From the IMG/VR virus record IMGVR_UViG_3300022594_000001: a stretch of 64,000 nucleotides of DNA. One strand, given 5' to 3'. The position numbers and the translations under genes were made by a program. The DNA comes from a virus (lineage: Duplodnaviria; Caudoviricetes). The notes beneath the pieces are model-generated. The model made no database searches. It had not been told where the DNA came from and was given only the letters and a program-made list of their open reading frames with translations. Every line of letters begins with the position of its first letter. Position 1 is the stretch's first letter. Below, one piece after another: positions 20,019 through 30,737 of this stretch.

Positions 20019-21454
20019 GCGCCTACGTTATAAACACCTTCAAATGCTTTAGCCCAGTATACGCCATTCCATACGTATTGAACTCCACTGTATATATTAG
20101 TTTGATAGATGTTTGAATGAGATTCTTGAGCAGCTTCAAACACAATATTCCATTGTGATCCATCCCATTCGATAATGTCGTTTGCTTTGGCTACAAAGTC
20201 TACGCCGCTTAAAGACTTCCAAGCATCAGGACCGTCTTCATTAATTACATCGCCGATATCTTCAACAATTAAGAATCTATCACCTGCTACTACGTTTTGC
20301 ATACCATTGCCTGGATAAACTTTTTGTGGATCAATAATAGCATCAAAAGTTCCGGCACTCATGTTATTTGCTCTGTTTTTAGTAGTAGAATCATACGGTT
20401 CTATCAAATCATTTGTAGTTCTAGTATCGTTATCCCAAGTGATAGATAACAGTGTAGGATCTAACGGATTAATAGCAAATGTTCCTACAACAAATGTACC
20501 GTTTGATTGTTGTAAGTAGATAGTAGACGACCCTGCTTTATATTGTCCAGGATATGCGTTAAACACGGCATCCCACGGTATTGGAGTACCTTGACGAGTT
20601 GGAATTTCTAAAGTAATTTCTCTAGGAATCGCATTTTCACCTTCGCCTAAAATAATTGCTTGATTATTATAAACTTCGATGTTGTAATCTGTAATAGTTG
20701 TAACAACCTTAGCTAGCACGTTAGATAATGTAGTGTCTGGGCCAGCCAGCGGTTGTCCTAATCCTTCTATATATGTACTAGTATCAGTAGATGCTGACTC
20801 GTACAAACTAGTAATGATATTAGTAATAACTCCAAGGTGTTTAACTTTAGCAGGAGGACTAATCCAAATAGGAGTATCTAATGTTAGTGTACCAATATCA
20901 ATAGGAGTATCTGCTCCAACAGGAACTGTTCTAGAACTCCAAGAAATATTTCCTAGATTCAATACAGTTAGACTAGTCCAATCGATATAGTTGTCTGTAG
21001 TTTGTAGCTCTAAACTTGGATTAAAGAACACAAGTAGCTGTTCCATAACTTGCATTTTTTGATCAGTGTTAGCAGTCCAGATGTCACACTTCATAGTTAG
21101 TTTGAACGGAGTTGGCATCAAACGCTCAACAGTATAGTTACGTCCTTGCCCTTGAGTATATTCCCCAGCAACAACATCACGTTCTCTAATATGCATTTTA
21201 CCGACATAGGTAGCATCTGACAACCGCTCTCTGTCAAGTTGTAAATCAGTAATGTAAACGCTAATTCTTGGTACGCTATTAACTACATTTTCACTGTTTT
21301 GGCGCATAATAGTAGCCGCTTGACGATCAGCATCGCCGTATACTACAGGTATACGATGAATTGTTCCATCACCATACTTAACAGTAAAATTACTAAGCAC
21401 ACGAATAACCTGTGCAACATATCTTCTAATTTGTCCGTCGTAAAAATGTAACAT
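20000..21454 (-). CDS. gp15: tail completion/terminator protein, T4 gp15-like
   Basis: FYDGQIRRY..Q..R..SNF, P.RISVYIT, ERLMPTPFKL; synteny with gp14/gp13. Confidence 0.7.
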   Translation of the reverse strand: MLHFYDGQIRRYVAQVIRVLSNFTVKYGDGTIHRIPVVYGDADRQAATIMRQNSENVVNSVPRISVYITDLQLDRERLSDATYVGKMHIRERDVVAGEYTQGQGRNYTVERLMPTPFKLTMKCDIWTANTDQKMQVMEQLLVFFNPSLELQTTDNYIDWTSLTVLNLGNISWSSRTVPVGADTPIDIGTLTLDTPIWISPPAKVKHLGVITNIITSLYESASTDTSTYIEGLGQPLAGPDTTLSNVLAKVVTTITDYNIEVYNNQAIILGEGENAIPREITLEIPTRQGTPIPWDAVFNAYPGQYKAGSSTIYLQQSNGTFVVGTFAINPLDPTLLSITWDNDTRTTNDLIEPYDSTTKNRANNMSAGTFDAIIDPQKVYPGNGMQNVVAGDRFLIVEDIGDVINEDGPDAWKSLSGVDFVAKANDIIEWDGSQWNIVFEAAQESHSNIYQTNIYSGVQYVWNGVYWAKAFEGVYNVGAWRIEL

Positions 21455-22863
21455 TATAAATCTGCCCTAGGTCTTAGTACTTTACTCAACGATTGTCTTT
21501 GTTCAACTTTATTGTTACATAGACTCAATTTCCATGCACCTGCATACGGAACTGCTTGCTGTACTGAACCAACAATTGGCAATGTAATGCGAACCCTGCC
21601 CGCATGATTTGAAATCATTGAAGGATAAGTTGCTGAATCAAAAGCAATTTCTACAGTATCTAATTTAAGAACAACGTATGCAGCAGTTATGTAATCTAAT
21701 GTCGAGTCAATTACATACTGGTTTACAGTTAATGTAACATGATCAACTCCGACAGCATCGTTGTAGATAGCAGTAGTATTATTAATAAAACTAGTTTTAA
21801 GTGTCTGACGCTGATTGTTGTTAGTCATTGTCATGCGTACACTATCTTCTACCTTAACCCATCGAGAACCATCAAATCGAAATAAACGATTTGGCATAAA
21901 ATCTGTGCGTAAAAAATAATCGTCAATTCCGGGAGTGTCTGGAAATTGAATCCCGTGTCCAAATTGTGCTCCAGAATTTAATCCGTTTGGAGCCCATCCG
22001 TCACCGACTAAGTATCCTGTATACCCTGTACGCACTGGAGCTGACGCATTTTCGCTAGCATTGTAAGATTCGTTACTGGCATCTAATGAAGTTTCGTCAG
22101 CAGTCTCAATCCTAGGCTTACCATTCTCGTCAACAGCTAAAGTATAAAATTGTCTAGTCTCATATCCGCTTAATGGAGCGTCTGCTTCTGCTTCTGCAAT
22201 TTCGGCATCGTTGATTGCAATTTCTTTATTAAATGTGCTTAGTAAATCTTTTAAGGTAGTACCGTCAGCCATCGGGTCGCCGTTTGCATCGAGCGCAGCC
22301 TTATTAAAGATGTCTGCAAATTGTTGACTATCGGTTACTTTCTTAAGTTTTAATCTATATAAATGCGGATACCAAGTTACTGAAAACCCTTCACTTGCAC
22401 GGCCTACGTCTTCAATAACATAATAACGAGGTAGCCCTACATCAAAATTGTTAAGAGCAAAATTGTCTTTTAGATGAGGTAATTCTAACACATCACCGCT
22501 CATAGGTTTACGACCAATGTACTTAATAAAATCATTAATATGCACAGTCATAAACAGTGTATCGTTATCGATAAACAAGCCAAATTGGCTTAAATTAAAA
22601 TCGATATTTTGTACGTTGTACATGCCACGGATTCTGTAAACCGACGGATCGTATTTGCGATCACGATTTTCAAGGAACATTAAATCCTGGATTTGTGTAT
22701 GGTCTTTGGCTATTACGTTACCGTTTGCATCCATTGCTTCTGTACCGACGTACTTGTGCAAATAGACGTCTGTACCGCCCGCTTGGAACATTTCTGAGGC
22801 TTGGCGATCTATAAACTTATAGTCGTTGCCTTTTTCTGGTTTATAAAGACTTAATCTTGGCAT
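21454..22863 (-). CDS. gp14: neck/head-closure protein, T4 gp14-like
   Basis: True start MPRLSLYK at 22863; DFNLSQFGLFIDND, GDVLELPH, WYPHLYRLK. Confidence 0.65.
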   Translation of the reverse strand: MPRLSLYKPEKGNDYKFIDRQASEMFQAGGTDVYLHKYVGTEAMDANGNVIAKDHTQIQDLMFLENRDRKYDPSVYRIRGMYNVQNIDFNLSQFGLFIDNDTLFMTVHINDFIKYIGRKPMSGDVLELPHLKDNFALNNFDVGLPRYYVIEDVGRASEGFSVTWYPHLYRLKLKKVTDSQQFADIFNKAALDANGDPMADGTTLKDLLSTFNKEIAINDAEIAEAEADAPLSGYETRQFYTLAVDENGKPRIETADETSLDASNESYNASENASAPVRTGYTGYLVGDGWAPNGLNSGAQFGHGIQFPDTPGIDDYFLRTDFMPNRLFRFDGSRWVKVEDSVRMTMTNNNQRQTLKTSFINNTTAIYNDAVGVDHVTLTVNQYVIDSTLDYITAAYVVLKLDTVEIAFDSATYPSMISNHAGRVRITLPIVGSVQQAVPYAGAWKLSLCNNKVEQRQSLSKVLRPRADL

Positions 22864-22870
22864 AGTAGTA

Positions 22871-22890
22871 TATTTATCGCCGCATAAATA
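22871..22890. promoter_or_regulatory. back-to-back T4-type late promoters (TAAATA on each strand)
   Basis: TATTTAT-CGCCGC-ATAAATA palindrome between divergent gp14 and gp13. Confidence 0.7.
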
Positions 22891-22906
22891 TGTATGGAGA
22901 CTAAAA

Positions 22907-23674
22907 ATGTCAGAACTTAATTCAACAACAGAGCGCAATAAGGTATTTGATTATGTACGCACTATGCTAGGCGATGGCATGGTCGAAGTAGAGCTTGATC
23001 CAAAACACCTAGAAATTGCCCTAAATCGCGCAATTAACAAATTCCGTCAACGCAGCTCAAATTCCGTTGAAGAAAGTTATATGTTCCTGGAACTAATCCA
23101 GGATCAAAACGAGTACCGCTTGCCCGACGAAGTGATCGAAGTGAGAGAAGTGTTTAGAAGAGCAATTGGAAGTAGAAGTGGGTTAGGTGCAGGCGGTACC
23201 CTTTTTGAGCCATTTAACTTAGCATATACAAACACCTATTTGTTAAGCGGAACTATGATGGGCGGACTAGCAACATACGAAATGTTTGCTGGATACCAAA
23301 AATTAGTAGGACGTATGTTTGGTAGCTATATTGAATACAAGTGGAAGCAGCAAAACCATACTCTTACAATACTGCAAAGACCCTTTGCAGCAGGCGAACA
23401 GATACTGTTACGTACATACAACTACCGCCCTGATTACGTGCTGCTAGACGACTTATACGCAAAGCAGTGGCTATATGATTATACCTTAGCAGTGGCTAAA
23501 TTACAACTAGGCGAAGCACGTAGCAAATTTGCTAGTATTGCAGGCCCTGGCAGTCCGATTACTCTTAACGGTACTGCACTATTGCAAGCTGGCAAAGAAG
23601 AAATTGAAAAACTTGAAAAAGAAATTATGGATATGGTTCCAGGCGGAGTACCATACACATTTGTGTTAGGATAA
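22907..23674 (+). CDS. gp13: neck/head-tail adaptor protein, T4 gp13-like
   Basis: LGDGMVEVELD..H, W..DY.LA..K..LGEARSKF..I.GP...LNG. Confidence 0.8.
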   Translation: MSELNSTTERNKVFDYVRTMLGDGMVEVELDPKHLEIALNRAINKFRQRSSNSVEESYMFLELIQDQNEYRLPDEVIEVREVFRRAIGSRSGLGAGGTLFEPFNLAYTNTYLLSGTMMGGLATYEMFAGYQKLVGRMFGSYIEYKWKQQNHTLTILQRPFAAGEQILLRTYNYRPDYVLLDDLYAKQWLYDYTLAVAKLQLGEARSKFASIAGPGSPITLNGTALLQAGKEEIEKLEKEIMDMVPGGVPYTFVLG

Positions 23675-23677
23675 TTT

Positions 23678-23728
23678 ATGAGCATAAGACATTACATTGA
23701 GATTGTAGAAGCAGGAGGAGAGCAATGA
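23678..23728 (+). CDS. 16-aa mini-ORF (MSIRHYIEIVEAGGEQ)
   Basis: ATG 23678; TGA overlaps the next ATG (ATGA); sequence resembles the head-protein leaders elsewhere in the window. Confidence 0.4.
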   Translation: MSIRHYIEIVEAGGEQ

Positions 23729-24549
23729 AAATCAACGAAGTAACTCGTAGAGGATTTTTAAAAGGTGTTGCAGGTCTCGCTGCCGCAACAGCTCTACCCG
23801 TAAATACTATTGAAAAACTTGCTAGTGCTTCGCATGTTACTCCGGAAAATCTTAATATTTTCTCTCAAATGGTTCAAACAACTAATCTCAAAACAGCATC
23901 AAATTTTGTTAAAATGTGGGTTGATGCTGGTACTATTGCAGATGTTCATCCCCGCGAAGATTTAAAAGCAGTGTGGAACGCTATAAAGGATTTTCCAGAA
24001 TTTAAATATAGCACTTGGCAAAGTGCAGTATCAGAATACATGGAAGATCATGACATTCCGGAAATTGAACAATTAATCGGACGAGAATTAGAAGTATCAA
24101 AAATTTTTAATATTATTAACTCTCACAACCTTGATAGCGAAGACTTTTCTCAAGATGTATATAAATTTCAATCAGAATTAGTTAATAAAAATGTTACTGA
24201 TAGTACTCAATGGGGACATGATTGGGAAATAAGTAAACCTACTGCATCTAATACAGTATCTAAAACAGTATCTAATGTTGCAAGTGATGCAAGAACCGCA
24301 GTTACTGCGTCTAAACTTCCGGGTAATATTACCAAAGCCGTAGGCGCATTGAAGACATTATATAACAAGTTTGCTGCTCATGCGGATCGCAAATCAGCTG
24401 ACAAAACTGATCCTACGCAGTCACATACACCTGACGCACTTCCAGCACCGACACATGCTGCACTTCCATCACCGTCGCAATCAGAGTTTGATTTAACACC
24501 GGATTTGAGCAGAATTAAAGATCTAGCTGGCATTAAGAAAAAAGGCTAA
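23725..24549 (+). CDS. hypothetical protein with twin-arginine (Tat)-like N-terminus
   Basis: MKINEV-TRRGFLK-GVAGLAAATALP; SD GGAGG; C-terminal LSRIKDLAG. Confidence 0.6.
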   Translation: MKINEVTRRGFLKGVAGLAAATALPVNTIEKLASASHVTPENLNIFSQMVQTTNLKTASNFVKMWVDAGTIADVHPREDLKAVWNAIKDFPEFKYSTWQSAVSEYMEDHDIPEIEQLIGRELEVSKIFNIINSHNLDSEDFSQDVYKFQSELVNKNVTDSTQWGHDWEISKPTASNTVSKTVSNVASDARTAVTASKLPGNITKAVGALKTLYNKFAAHADRKSADKTDPTQSHTPDALPAPTHAALPSPSQSEFDLTPDLSRIKDLAGIKKKG

Positions 24550-24608
24550 CAAATATTTGACCCCTCATAGGACTGTAATATATACTACATCTTATTGAGG
24601 GGTTTCTT

Positions 24609-25304
24609 ATGATTATAGGCGTATGCGGTTTTATTGGGTCTGGCAAAGATACTATTGCTGATTACCTTACAAATTTCCATGGATTTAGAAGAGAAAGTTT
24701 TGCCAACAGTTTAAAAGACGCAGTAGCGCAAGTCTTTGGTTGGGACAGAACAATGCTAGAAGGGCGCACTAAACAAGCCCGTGAATGGCGAGAACAAGTA
24801 GATCCGTGGTGGGCAGAACGCCTAAATATGCCTAACTTAACTCCTCGTTGGGTACTACAATACTGGGGCACTGAAGTATGTCGCAAAGCATTCCACGATG
24901 ATATTTGGATTGCATCCTTAGAAAACAAACTCCGCAATAGTAAAGACGATATTGTTATTAGCGACTGTCGTTTCCCTAACGAAATTAAATCAATTAAAGA
25001 AGCTGGCGGTATTGTTATTCGTGTAAAACGCGGCCCTGAGCCAGAATGGTACCGTGATGCTGCTGATGTTAATGCTGGCCCTAAATGCCTAAATTGGGCA
25101 CTAGCAAGTGGCAGGATGTCAAAGCTAAATATTCATGCTAGTGAAACTGCTTGGGTAGGGACTAAGTTTGATGCAATACTAACAAACGATGGTACTATAG
25201 ATGAGCTTATGGGTAAGGTTAAAGATCTGGTGTTAAACCGCCCTGTTTCCACTTCACACCCTCTCGATGAAGCAGCCGCTGACAATTTGAACACACTGTC
25301 TTAA
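24609..25304 (+). CDS. gp1: deoxynucleoside monophosphate kinase, T4 gp1-like
   Basis: MIIGVCGFIGSGKDT P-loop; R..LQ.WGTE..R; VISDCRFPNE; upstream sigma70-like TTGACC...TATACT. Confidence 0.85.
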   Translation: MIIGVCGFIGSGKDTIADYLTNFHGFRRESFANSLKDAVAQVFGWDRTMLEGRTKQAREWREQVDPWWAERLNMPNLTPRWVLQYWGTEVCRKAFHDDIWIASLENKLRNSKDDIVISDCRFPNEIKSIKEAGGIVIRVKRGPEPEWYRDAADVNAGPKCLNWALASGRMSKLNIHASETAWVGTKFDAILTNDGTIDELMGKVKDLVLNRPVSTSHPLDEAAADNLNTLS

Positions 25305-25545
25305 GATTTGTATGACGGCAATTGTTTAAATCGCCGTCTACATGAAACACGTCGAACACCTCTAGATAAGGGCTTTTAAAACCGCACTTATCGCAGGTGT
25401 TTTTCTTTTTATATCCAGCAAGGTGCCACCGAGGGTTTTTGACACCTCTAGCACAAAACCCACATTGTCTCCTATAGAATGCCTTGCTATTTTTGTAATA
25501 ATTAATGGCTACTGGGTGTCTTCCACATGAACATAATGGTCTCAT
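25219..25545 (-). CDS. HNH-like zinc-binding protein
   Basis: CxxC pairs plus HVDGDLNNC..TNLKTVCSNCQ; late promoter at 25550-25555. Confidence 0.7.
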   Translation of the reverse strand: MRPLCSCGRHPVAINYYKNSKAFYRRQCGFCARGVKNPRWHLAGYKKKNTCDKCGFKSPYLEVFDVFHVDGDLNNCRHTNLKTVCSNCQRLLHREGVKWKQGGLTPDL

Positions 25546-25650
25546 ATTTTATTTAAGCCTTTTTACGGCCTTTTTCAGGTACTATAACTCGCTCAAAATT
25601 TCAAAATGCACTAAATACATTTAGAATATGTTATTCATGGAGATCATACA

Positions 25651-28600
25651 ATGGCCCAACTAAGTTCACCAGGCGTAAGCGTTAGCGTAATTGACGAAAG
25701 TTTCTACACACCCGCTGCCCCAGGTACAGTTCCTTTAATCGTAGTTGCCTCTGAAGAGAGCAAACAAAATGGCGCAGGCACTGGCACTGCACCAGGTACA
25801 CTAAAAGCAAATGCTGGTCAAGTTTACTTGCTAACAAGTCAAAAAGACCTATCAGATACTTTTGGTACACCGGTATTTAAAACTGATGCTAACAACAATC
25901 CAATTCATGCTGGTGAACAGAATGAATACGGTTTGCAAGCAGCTTACAGTTTCTTAGGCGTAAGCAATCGTGCTTATGTCGTTCGCGCAGATATTGACTT
26001 AGCTCAGTTAGACGCATTAGCAGAAGCTCCTGCAGGCCCAGCACCTGATGGTTCTTTCTGGTTTGATACAGCAAATACTAAGTTCGGTATTTTCGAATGG
26101 AACGCTGCTAGCGCAACAGTTACTGGCGGACAAACATTTACAAACAAAGTTCCTTTAGTTATTACAGATTCAACATTGATTACTACTGGTGCACCTATTG
26201 CTAGCGTTGGGTCAATTGGCGATTACGCAATTGTTGCAACTACTACACTAATTAAGTTATGGTACAAGAAAGCAGCTACACATACCGCTGCCGGCTTATG
26301 GGTAGAAGTTGGAACAAGTGACTGGGTAGAAAGTTGGCCAACAGTTAAGAGTTCAGTTGCAAGCCCAAACATTGCTAACGGCGATACATTGACAATCAAT
26401 GGTTCAGGACCAACACACACTATTACTGCTAGCGTAGGTTGGGGTATTAGTGAAGTTGTAGCAGCAATTAATGCTAACAGCACTATTGCTGGATTAGGAA
26501 TTACAGCAGGTGCACCAAACGGTTTACTAGAAATTTACTCAACTGGTGTAAACGTAACAGTTGGCGGCAATCTTGCTACAACATTCGGCTTATCAACACA
26601 CGAATACTTACCACCAGCACTAGCAATTTCTAAGCATACATCAATTCCAACATTTAAGTTAGCTGAGAATTCAGGTACAGCAAACGGTGTAGCAACTGGT
26701 GCAGTATGGATTAAAACAACAACACCTAACTTAGGTGCTGATTGGATCATCAAGAAATACAGCAGTGCTACAGGCGCATGGACAGAACAACCTGTGTCAC
26801 TATACAGTACAAATGCAGAAGCTCTTGCAGCATTAGATACAACTGGTGGCGGCATTAACTTAGCAGTTGGACGTTTATTTGTAAAATACAATGACGACGA
26901 AGGTAGTCCACTAGACGGTTCATTTAAGATTTATGCACGTAGCGCATCAGGCGCAACATCAATTACATCCAGTGTAGTTACAGCATCAACTTTCCCAAGC
27001 GGATCATACAGCTTTACAATTAGTGAATCACTAGTTGGAACAGCAGGTTATACTTCAGCAGCAACAGTTGCAATTGCCGGAACAGGTAATGCACATGATG
27101 CATCAACGTTAGTAGCTGCAATTAATGCAGCATTACCAGTTGGTTCAAATGTTGCAGCAACAGTTACTTCATTGAATCAAATTGTTATTACACACGCAGC
27201 AGGCGGTGATATTAAGTTTGAAGATGACACTGGCACTCCGTTAACAAGACTATTTGGCAATCCTAACGCCGGTCCTTCGACAGCAGTTACTAACTTCCAA
27301 GCAGATGCAGCAAGTGATGGATCTGACGGAATGTATGTAGCAAGTCTATGGACATCATATGTTCAAGATAGTAACGGTAATAACGTTGGGTTTGCAACAG
27401 CAAGTACAGATGCACCCACAACTGATCCAGTAGACGGACAGTTATGGTACAGCAGCATTGTTGACGAAGTGGATATCTTAATCCACAACGGTACAACATG
27501 GGTTGGTTACTTAGATGCAACTGCTAAAACAATTAATCATGCTGGTATCAATGGCGAGCCAGACACAGATCCAATGGGTCCAATTGTTAGTGCTACACAG
27601 CCAACAACACAAAGCGATGGTACTAGATTAGCTAACGGCGATTTATGGATCGACACTAGCGATTTAGAAAACTATCCAAAGGTTGCAAGATACAATAGTC
27701 TTACTAAGAAATGGGTAGTTGTTGACGATGCAGATCAAACAACAGAAAACGGTATTTTATTCCATGACGCACGTTGGAATAAAAACGGTTTAACAAATAC
27801 ACCAAGCGCAATTGTAGACTTGTTATCAAGTAACTTCTTAGATCCAGATGCACCAGATCCTGCACTATATCCAAAAGGTATGTTGCTATGGAACTTACGT
27901 CGTTCGGGCTTTAACGTTAAGAAATTTGTTGTAAACTATATTGATACAACACAACGTAACTTACGTCACAGCAATGAACAAATGACTGATTACTATCCAA
28001 ACCGTTGGATTAGTGAAGCTGCTAACCAAGAAAACGGTGCAGGTACATTCGGACGTAAAGCACAGCGTAAAGTTGTTATCCAAGCATTACAAGCATTAGT
28101 TAACAGTAACCAACAGATCCGTGACGAAGAATCACGTATTTTCAACTTAATTGCAACTCCTGGTTATCCAGAATTAATTGGCGAAATGGTTGCACTAAAC
28201 TACGATCGCGGTATTTCAGCGTTCGTTGTAGGTGATGTTCCAGCTAGATTAAAAGCAGATGCTACAACACTAAGCAACTGGGGTAATAACGTAAATGGCG
28301 CATTAGAAGACAACGACGAAGGTTTAGTAAGCTTCGACGAATACTTAGGTGTGTTCTATCCATGGGGTTACACAAGCGACAACATCGGTAATAACGTAGT
28401 TGTTCCTCCAAGCCACATGATGTTACGCACAATTGCATTGAACGACCAAGTTAGCTATCCATGGTTTGCACCAGCAGGAACACGTCGTGGTGGTATTACT
28501 AACGCAACAGCAGTTGGTTATGTTGATCCACAAAGCGGAGAATTCCAGTCAGTTGCATTGAACACTGGACAACGTGACACATTAGCAAGCATTAAAGTTA

Positions 28601-29004
28601 ACCCATTAACATTCATTACAGGCACAGGACTTGTCAACTATGGACAATACACTCGTGCTAAGAATGCTAGTGCATTGGATCGTATCAACGTAGCACGTTT
28701 AGTAATTTACCTACGTCGTCAATTTGCACAATTGGCTAAACCATATGTGTTTGAACCAAACGACAAGATTACACGTGACGAAATTAAGGGTGCAGCAGAA
28801 AGCCTATTGTTAGAATTAGTAGGACAACGTGCTCTGTATGACTATATCGTAGTTTGCGATACAAGTAACAACACACCTTCAAGAATTGATCGTAGTGAAC
28901 TATATCTAGATGTAGCGATTGAACCAGTTAAGGCAGTGGAATTTATTTACATTCCATTACGCTTAAAGAACACTGGCGAAATTAAAGCTCTAGGTGGCGC
29001 ATAA
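25651..29004 (+). CDS. gp18: tail sheath protein (large, with insertions)
   Basis: SPGVSVSVIDES; WFAPAG.RRG; ALDRINVARL; FEPND..TR; IEPVKAVEFIY. Confidence 0.93.
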   Translation: MAQLSSPGVSVSVIDESFYTPAAPGTVPLIVVASEESKQNGAGTGTAPGTLKANAGQVYLLTSQKDLSDTFGTPVFKTDANNNPIHAGEQNEYGLQAAYSFLGVSNRAYVVRADIDLAQLDALAEAPAGPAPDGSFWFDTANTKFGIFEWNAASATVTGGQTFTNKVPLVITDSTLITTGAPIASVGSIGDYAIVATTTLIKLWYKKAATHTAAGLWVEVGTSDWVESWPTVKSSVASPNIANGDTLTINGSGPTHTITASVGWGISEVVAAINANSTIAGLGITAGAPNGLLEIYSTGVNVTVGGNLATTFGLSTHEYLPPALAISKHTSIPTFKLAENSGTANGVATGAVWIKTTTPNLGADWIIKKYSSATGAWTEQPVSLYSTNAEALAALDTTGGGINLAVGRLFVKYNDDEGSPLDGSFKIYARSASGATSITSSVVTASTFPSGSYSFTISESLVGTAGYTSAATVAIAGTGNAHDASTLVAAINAALPVGSNVAATVTSLNQIVITHAAGGDIKFEDDTGTPLTRLFGNPNAGPSTAVTNFQADAASDGSDGMYVASLWTSYVQDSNGNNVGFATASTDAPTTDPVDGQLWYSSIVDEVDILIHNGTTWVGYLDATAKTINHAGINGEPDTDPMGPIVSATQPTTQSDGTRLANGDLWIDTSDLENYPKVARYNSLTKKWVVVDDADQTTENGILFHDARWNKNGLTNTPSAIVDLLSSNFLDPDAPDPALYPKGMLLWNLRRSGFNVKKFVVNYIDTTQRNLRHSNEQMTDYYPNRWISEAANQENGAGTFGRKAQRKVVIQALQALVNSNQQIRDEESRIFNLIATPGYPELIGEMVALNYDRGISAFVVGDVPARLKADATTLSNWGNNVNGALEDNDEGLVSFDEYLGVFYPWGYTSDNIGNNVVVPPSHMMLRTIALNDQVSYPWFAPAGTRRGGITNATAVGYVDPQSGEFQSVALNTGQRDTLASIKVNPLTFITGTGLVNYGQYTRAKNASALDRINVARLVIYLRRQFAQLAKPYVFEPNDKITRDEIKGAAESLLLELVGQRALYDYIVVCDTSNNTPSRIDRSELYLDVAIEPVKAVEFIYIPLRLKNTGEIKALGGA

Positions 29005-29021
29005 TTAACGGAGCATAATAA

Positions 29022-29648
29022 ATGGCTATTTCAAGTTTATCAAAATTTACAGTACCTTTAGCTAGCGATCAATCCGCTAGCTCACAAGGTATGTTGATGC
29101 CAAAGCTAAAATATCGCTTTAGAGTGATGTTTGAAAACTTTGGTGTATCAACACCGACAACAGAATTGACTAAACAAGTCCAAGAAGCTGCTCGTCCTAA
29201 CGTTCAGTTTGCTGATCAAAAGATTGAAGTTTACAACTCAACAATTCACTATGCTGGTAAACCAACATGGCAAACAATGACTATCAAGTTACGTGATGAC
29301 GTAACAGGTCAAGTTGCTAAGTTAGTTGGCGAGCAAATGCAGAAACAGTTTGACTTCTTTGAACAAAGTTCAGCAGCGTCAGGCGGCGACTACAAGTTCT
29401 TAATGCGTGTTGAAATGTTAGATGGTGGTAACGGTGCAAACACTCCACAAGTTTTAGAAACTTGGGAATGTTACGGTTGCTACATTACACAAGCTAACTA
29501 CAACACATTAAGTTACGGTGGTCAAGAAACATTGACAATCGACTTAACAATTCAACCAGATAACTGTTTACAAACATCAGGCGGTGCGGCAGCTCCAACT
29601 GTGTTTACAAAAGGTACAGCAGCTACTGGTTCTGGAAACAGAGCTTAA
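29022..29648 (+). CDS. gp19: tail tube protein
   Basis: PKLKYRFRV, ARP.V.F, YAGKPTW, directly after sheath. Confidence 0.85.
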   Translation: MAISSLSKFTVPLASDQSASSQGMLMPKLKYRFRVMFENFGVSTPTTELTKQVQEAARPNVQFADQKIEVYNSTIHYAGKPTWQTMTIKLRDDVTGQVAKLVGEQMQKQFDFFEQSSAASGGDYKFLMRVEMLDGGNGANTPQVLETWECYGCYITQANYNTLSYGGQETLTIDLTIQPDNCLQTSGGAAAPTVFTKGTAATGSGNRA

Positions 29649-29656
29649 TAAGAAAT

Positions 29657-29678
29657 GCCCACTTAGGTGGGCTTTTTT
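29657..29678 (+). terminator. intrinsic terminator
   Basis: GCCCAC-TTAG-GTGGGC-T6. Confidence 0.85.
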
Positions 29679-29725
29679 ATGGTTTGCTATAAACTGCGTA
29701 GTTTATCTTTCGAATAAATATTATT

Positions 29726-30727
29726 ATGGCATTCACACCTAACCGATTTTTAAACGAAACTAGTAACGTAACATTACGCGACTGGCAACATGCTGCGCGA
29801 CTGTTTACAGACGATCAGTTCAGACTTGCACCTAAACACAAATTCCTGTTTGGAGTTGTGTTTAAATTAAACAAAGCTGCATTGTTAAACATTGATCTTG
29901 CTATTAAGTATGGTTATGAAATAGGCATGCTAGTAAAAAGTGCAGATTTACCAAACTATCAAGTTAGCACAGAAACATTAAATCAGTACAATCGTAAGAA
30001 AAATATCCAAACTGGTATTAAGTATCAGCCCATAACAATGACATTTCATGACGATAACATGGGTCTTATTAATATGTTATGGAAAAACTATTTTAATTAC
30101 TACTATGCTGATTCTAGTTCTGCTGAAGATGCAGGTGCTTATAACAGAACTGCAATGAAAAACTTTAGCTACATTCAAGATACATATGGCTTAGACAACG
30201 GCAGTACAGAACCATTTTTTGATTCTATAAAAATATTTCACGCGGCACGTCATGAGTTTGTAAGTTACGAACTAGTTAATCCAATTATTACAAGTTGGAA
30301 TCACAACAAAGTTGACTATGCACAAAATACTGTACATGATAATACTGCACAGATTGCTTATGAATCGGTAATATATAATACAGGAAGCGTTGTTGACTCT
30401 AATGCAGGAGAATGGTTATTTGATCCTGCACACTACGATCAAACTCCTAGTCCATTACAAGGTATTAGTGATCCGGGTGCAGTTGTTGCAAGTGTAAATT
30501 CTACAACAGGTGTTATGAATAACGCTTCTGAATTTTTAAATAATATAGCAACAACTATTAACGGCTATCAAAATACACAATCGTTAGGTTCTCCGGTACA
30601 AACAGGTTTGCTAAACAATGTAGTAGCTAGCGCACAGCAAGGCGTGAGCGGAGTCCAAGGGATAGCATTTCCAGTGTCGCAGACAGCTGAGAATATAACT
30701 ACCGCAACACAAGTTAAAATTGTTTAA
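29726..30727 (+). CDS. tail tube-like/baseplate tube initiator protein
   Basis: VKS.DLP.Y...ETLNQYNRK...Y.PI..TFHDDN, tube-fold motifs as in gp48/gp54. Confidence 0.65.
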   Translation: MAFTPNRFLNETSNVTLRDWQHAARLFTDDQFRLAPKHKFLFGVVFKLNKAALLNIDLAIKYGYEIGMLVKSADLPNYQVSTETLNQYNRKKNIQTGIKYQPITMTFHDDNMGLINMLWKNYFNYYYADSSSAEDAGAYNRTAMKNFSYIQDTYGLDNGSTEPFFDSIKIFHAARHEFVSYELVNPIITSWNHNKVDYAQNTVHDNTAQIAYESVIYNTGSVVDSNAGEWLFDPAHYDQTPSPLQGISDPGAVVASVNSTTGVMNNASEFLNNIATTINGYQNTQSLGSPVQTGLLNNVVASAQQGVSGVQGIAFPVSQTAENITTATQVKIV

Positions 30728-30737
30728 GTAGAATAAT

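Noticed and set aside
25219-25545. HNH protein as a mobile homing endonuclease or intron
   Set aside because: It is short and free-standing, interrupts no gene, and has its own late promoter; it is more likely a resident accessory protein.
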